NCBI RefSeq assembly: GCF_000315625.1
Contig: NW_005434537.1
Location: forward strand, 13,171 to 77,170
Length of the DNA: 64,000 nucleotides
From: Guillardia theta CCMP2712
Taxonomy: Eukaryota > Protista > Cryptophyta
Direction of reading: 5' to 3'
The position numbers and the translations under genes were made by a program. This document shows positions 63,273 through 64,000 of this stretch, piece after piece. The first letter of the stretch is position 1. The number at the start of each line of letters is the position of its first letter. The notes beneath the pieces were generated by a model. It did not search any database and was not told the origin of the DNA. It saw nothing but the letters and a program-made list of their open reading frames with translations.

Positions 63273-63995
63273 ATGCTCGCCAATGCTGCCGACGAATTTG
63301 CGACAGCCGACGCTGCTGCAACACCAGAGCTCCCGCATCTCGCACGGAAAGTTACCCTGCAAGATGCTAATGCTGATATCTATTCAGCTGAGGAATTAGC
63401 TAGCGCTGAATCCTCTGATCAGGAACCAGTCCTCTCCAATCGGACTCTCGTGAATGTGCTAACGAACTCCAAGAGTTTCAATTCCAGCCGCATTCCGATG
63501 TACAAAGGTTTTGCTGATCCCCGCTCTGTCGAAGAATTCCTTCGTCAGTGCAACCGCGAATTAATCGCTCAAGAGATCCCAACTCGCAAATGGGTGAAGA
63601 GCATCACGCCGTTGTTCACCAACGAAGTGATGGTGGTGGTAGAACGTAAGTACGGAAAGAGTCTCGAGGCCATCAACAAGCTTAAATGGGATGAATTTTC
63701 AACTCATCTAAGTTCGTGTCTAGCCCCGATGCGGCAAGCCAAGAATTATCAGACTCAGCTTGATCAGCTCAAGCAGCAGCCCAACGAATCCGCCTGGGCG
63801 TACCTGACTCGCGCCACGACACTCTTCGCAACGCTCGAATCGCAGGTAGGGTCAGCCATACTGTACTTCAACGATCAGCCACTCCGGAAATTCATCAAGG
63901 GATTTTCGCATACGCCGACGCGCACGTCTATCCACACATGGTTTACGATTTATCGCAGTCAGTACGGACATATGCCCTTAGACGTCTCGCCGTAG
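63273..63995 (+). CDS. gag: Retrotransposon Gag-like capsid ORF from a different element
   Basis: IPMYKG..VEEFL..WDEF..LDQLKQQPNES..Y..R pattern. Confidence 0.7.
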   Translation: MLANAADEFATADAAATPELPHLARKVTLQDANADIYSAEELASAESSDQEPVLSNRTLVNVLTNSKSFNSSRIPMYKGFADPRSVEEFLRQCNRELIAQEIPTRKWVKSITPLFTNEVMVVVERKYGKSLEAINKLKWDEFSTHLSSCLAPMRQAKNYQTQLDQLKQQPNESAWAYLTRATTLFATLESQVGSAILYFNDQPLRKFIKGFSHTPTRTSIHTWFTIYRSQYGHMPLDVSP

Positions 63996-64000
63996 TATAC

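Noticed and set aside
1-64000. tRNA genes, telomeric repeats, major capsid protein, terminase, DNA polymerase
   Set aside because: Looked for, but none recognisable in this window.

Overview
A two-part eukaryotic locus. Positions 1-37256 are a gene-dense, apparently intronless large-DNA-virus segment. It combines herpes/HK97-type virion-module genes (assemblin-like maturation protease, a tandem pair of putative triplex/beta-tulip paralogs, a herpes-tegument-like cysteine protease) with eukaryote/NCLDV-type informational genes (TBP, Snf7/ESCRT-III, PriS-like primase, DcpS, dNMP kinase, GxxExxY nuclease). That mix best fits an endogenous mirusvirus-like element; this is an inference, since no major capsid protein, terminase or polymerase is recognisable in the window. 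The segment has a 508-bp AT-cored palindrome between divergent genes and a recurrent TATTTAA/TATWWAA box about 30-50 nt upstream of many start codons. At 37256/37257 the viral TBP is cut mid-domain and joined directly to a ~332-bp GC-rich, palindrome-rich tandem satellite (about 25 + 5 + 1.4 copies, plus about 1.2 inverted). The satellite is interrupted at nearly the same monomer position by a 2.8-kb TIR element and by a young but defective chromodomain Ty3/gypsy retrotransposon. The rest is TE debris: a Myb/SANT-like ORF, a CxH-x5-CxxC zinc-repeat ORF, a deleted second gypsy copy, a 100-N gap and another gag-like ORF. All protein calls come from motifs read by eye, not from database searches.
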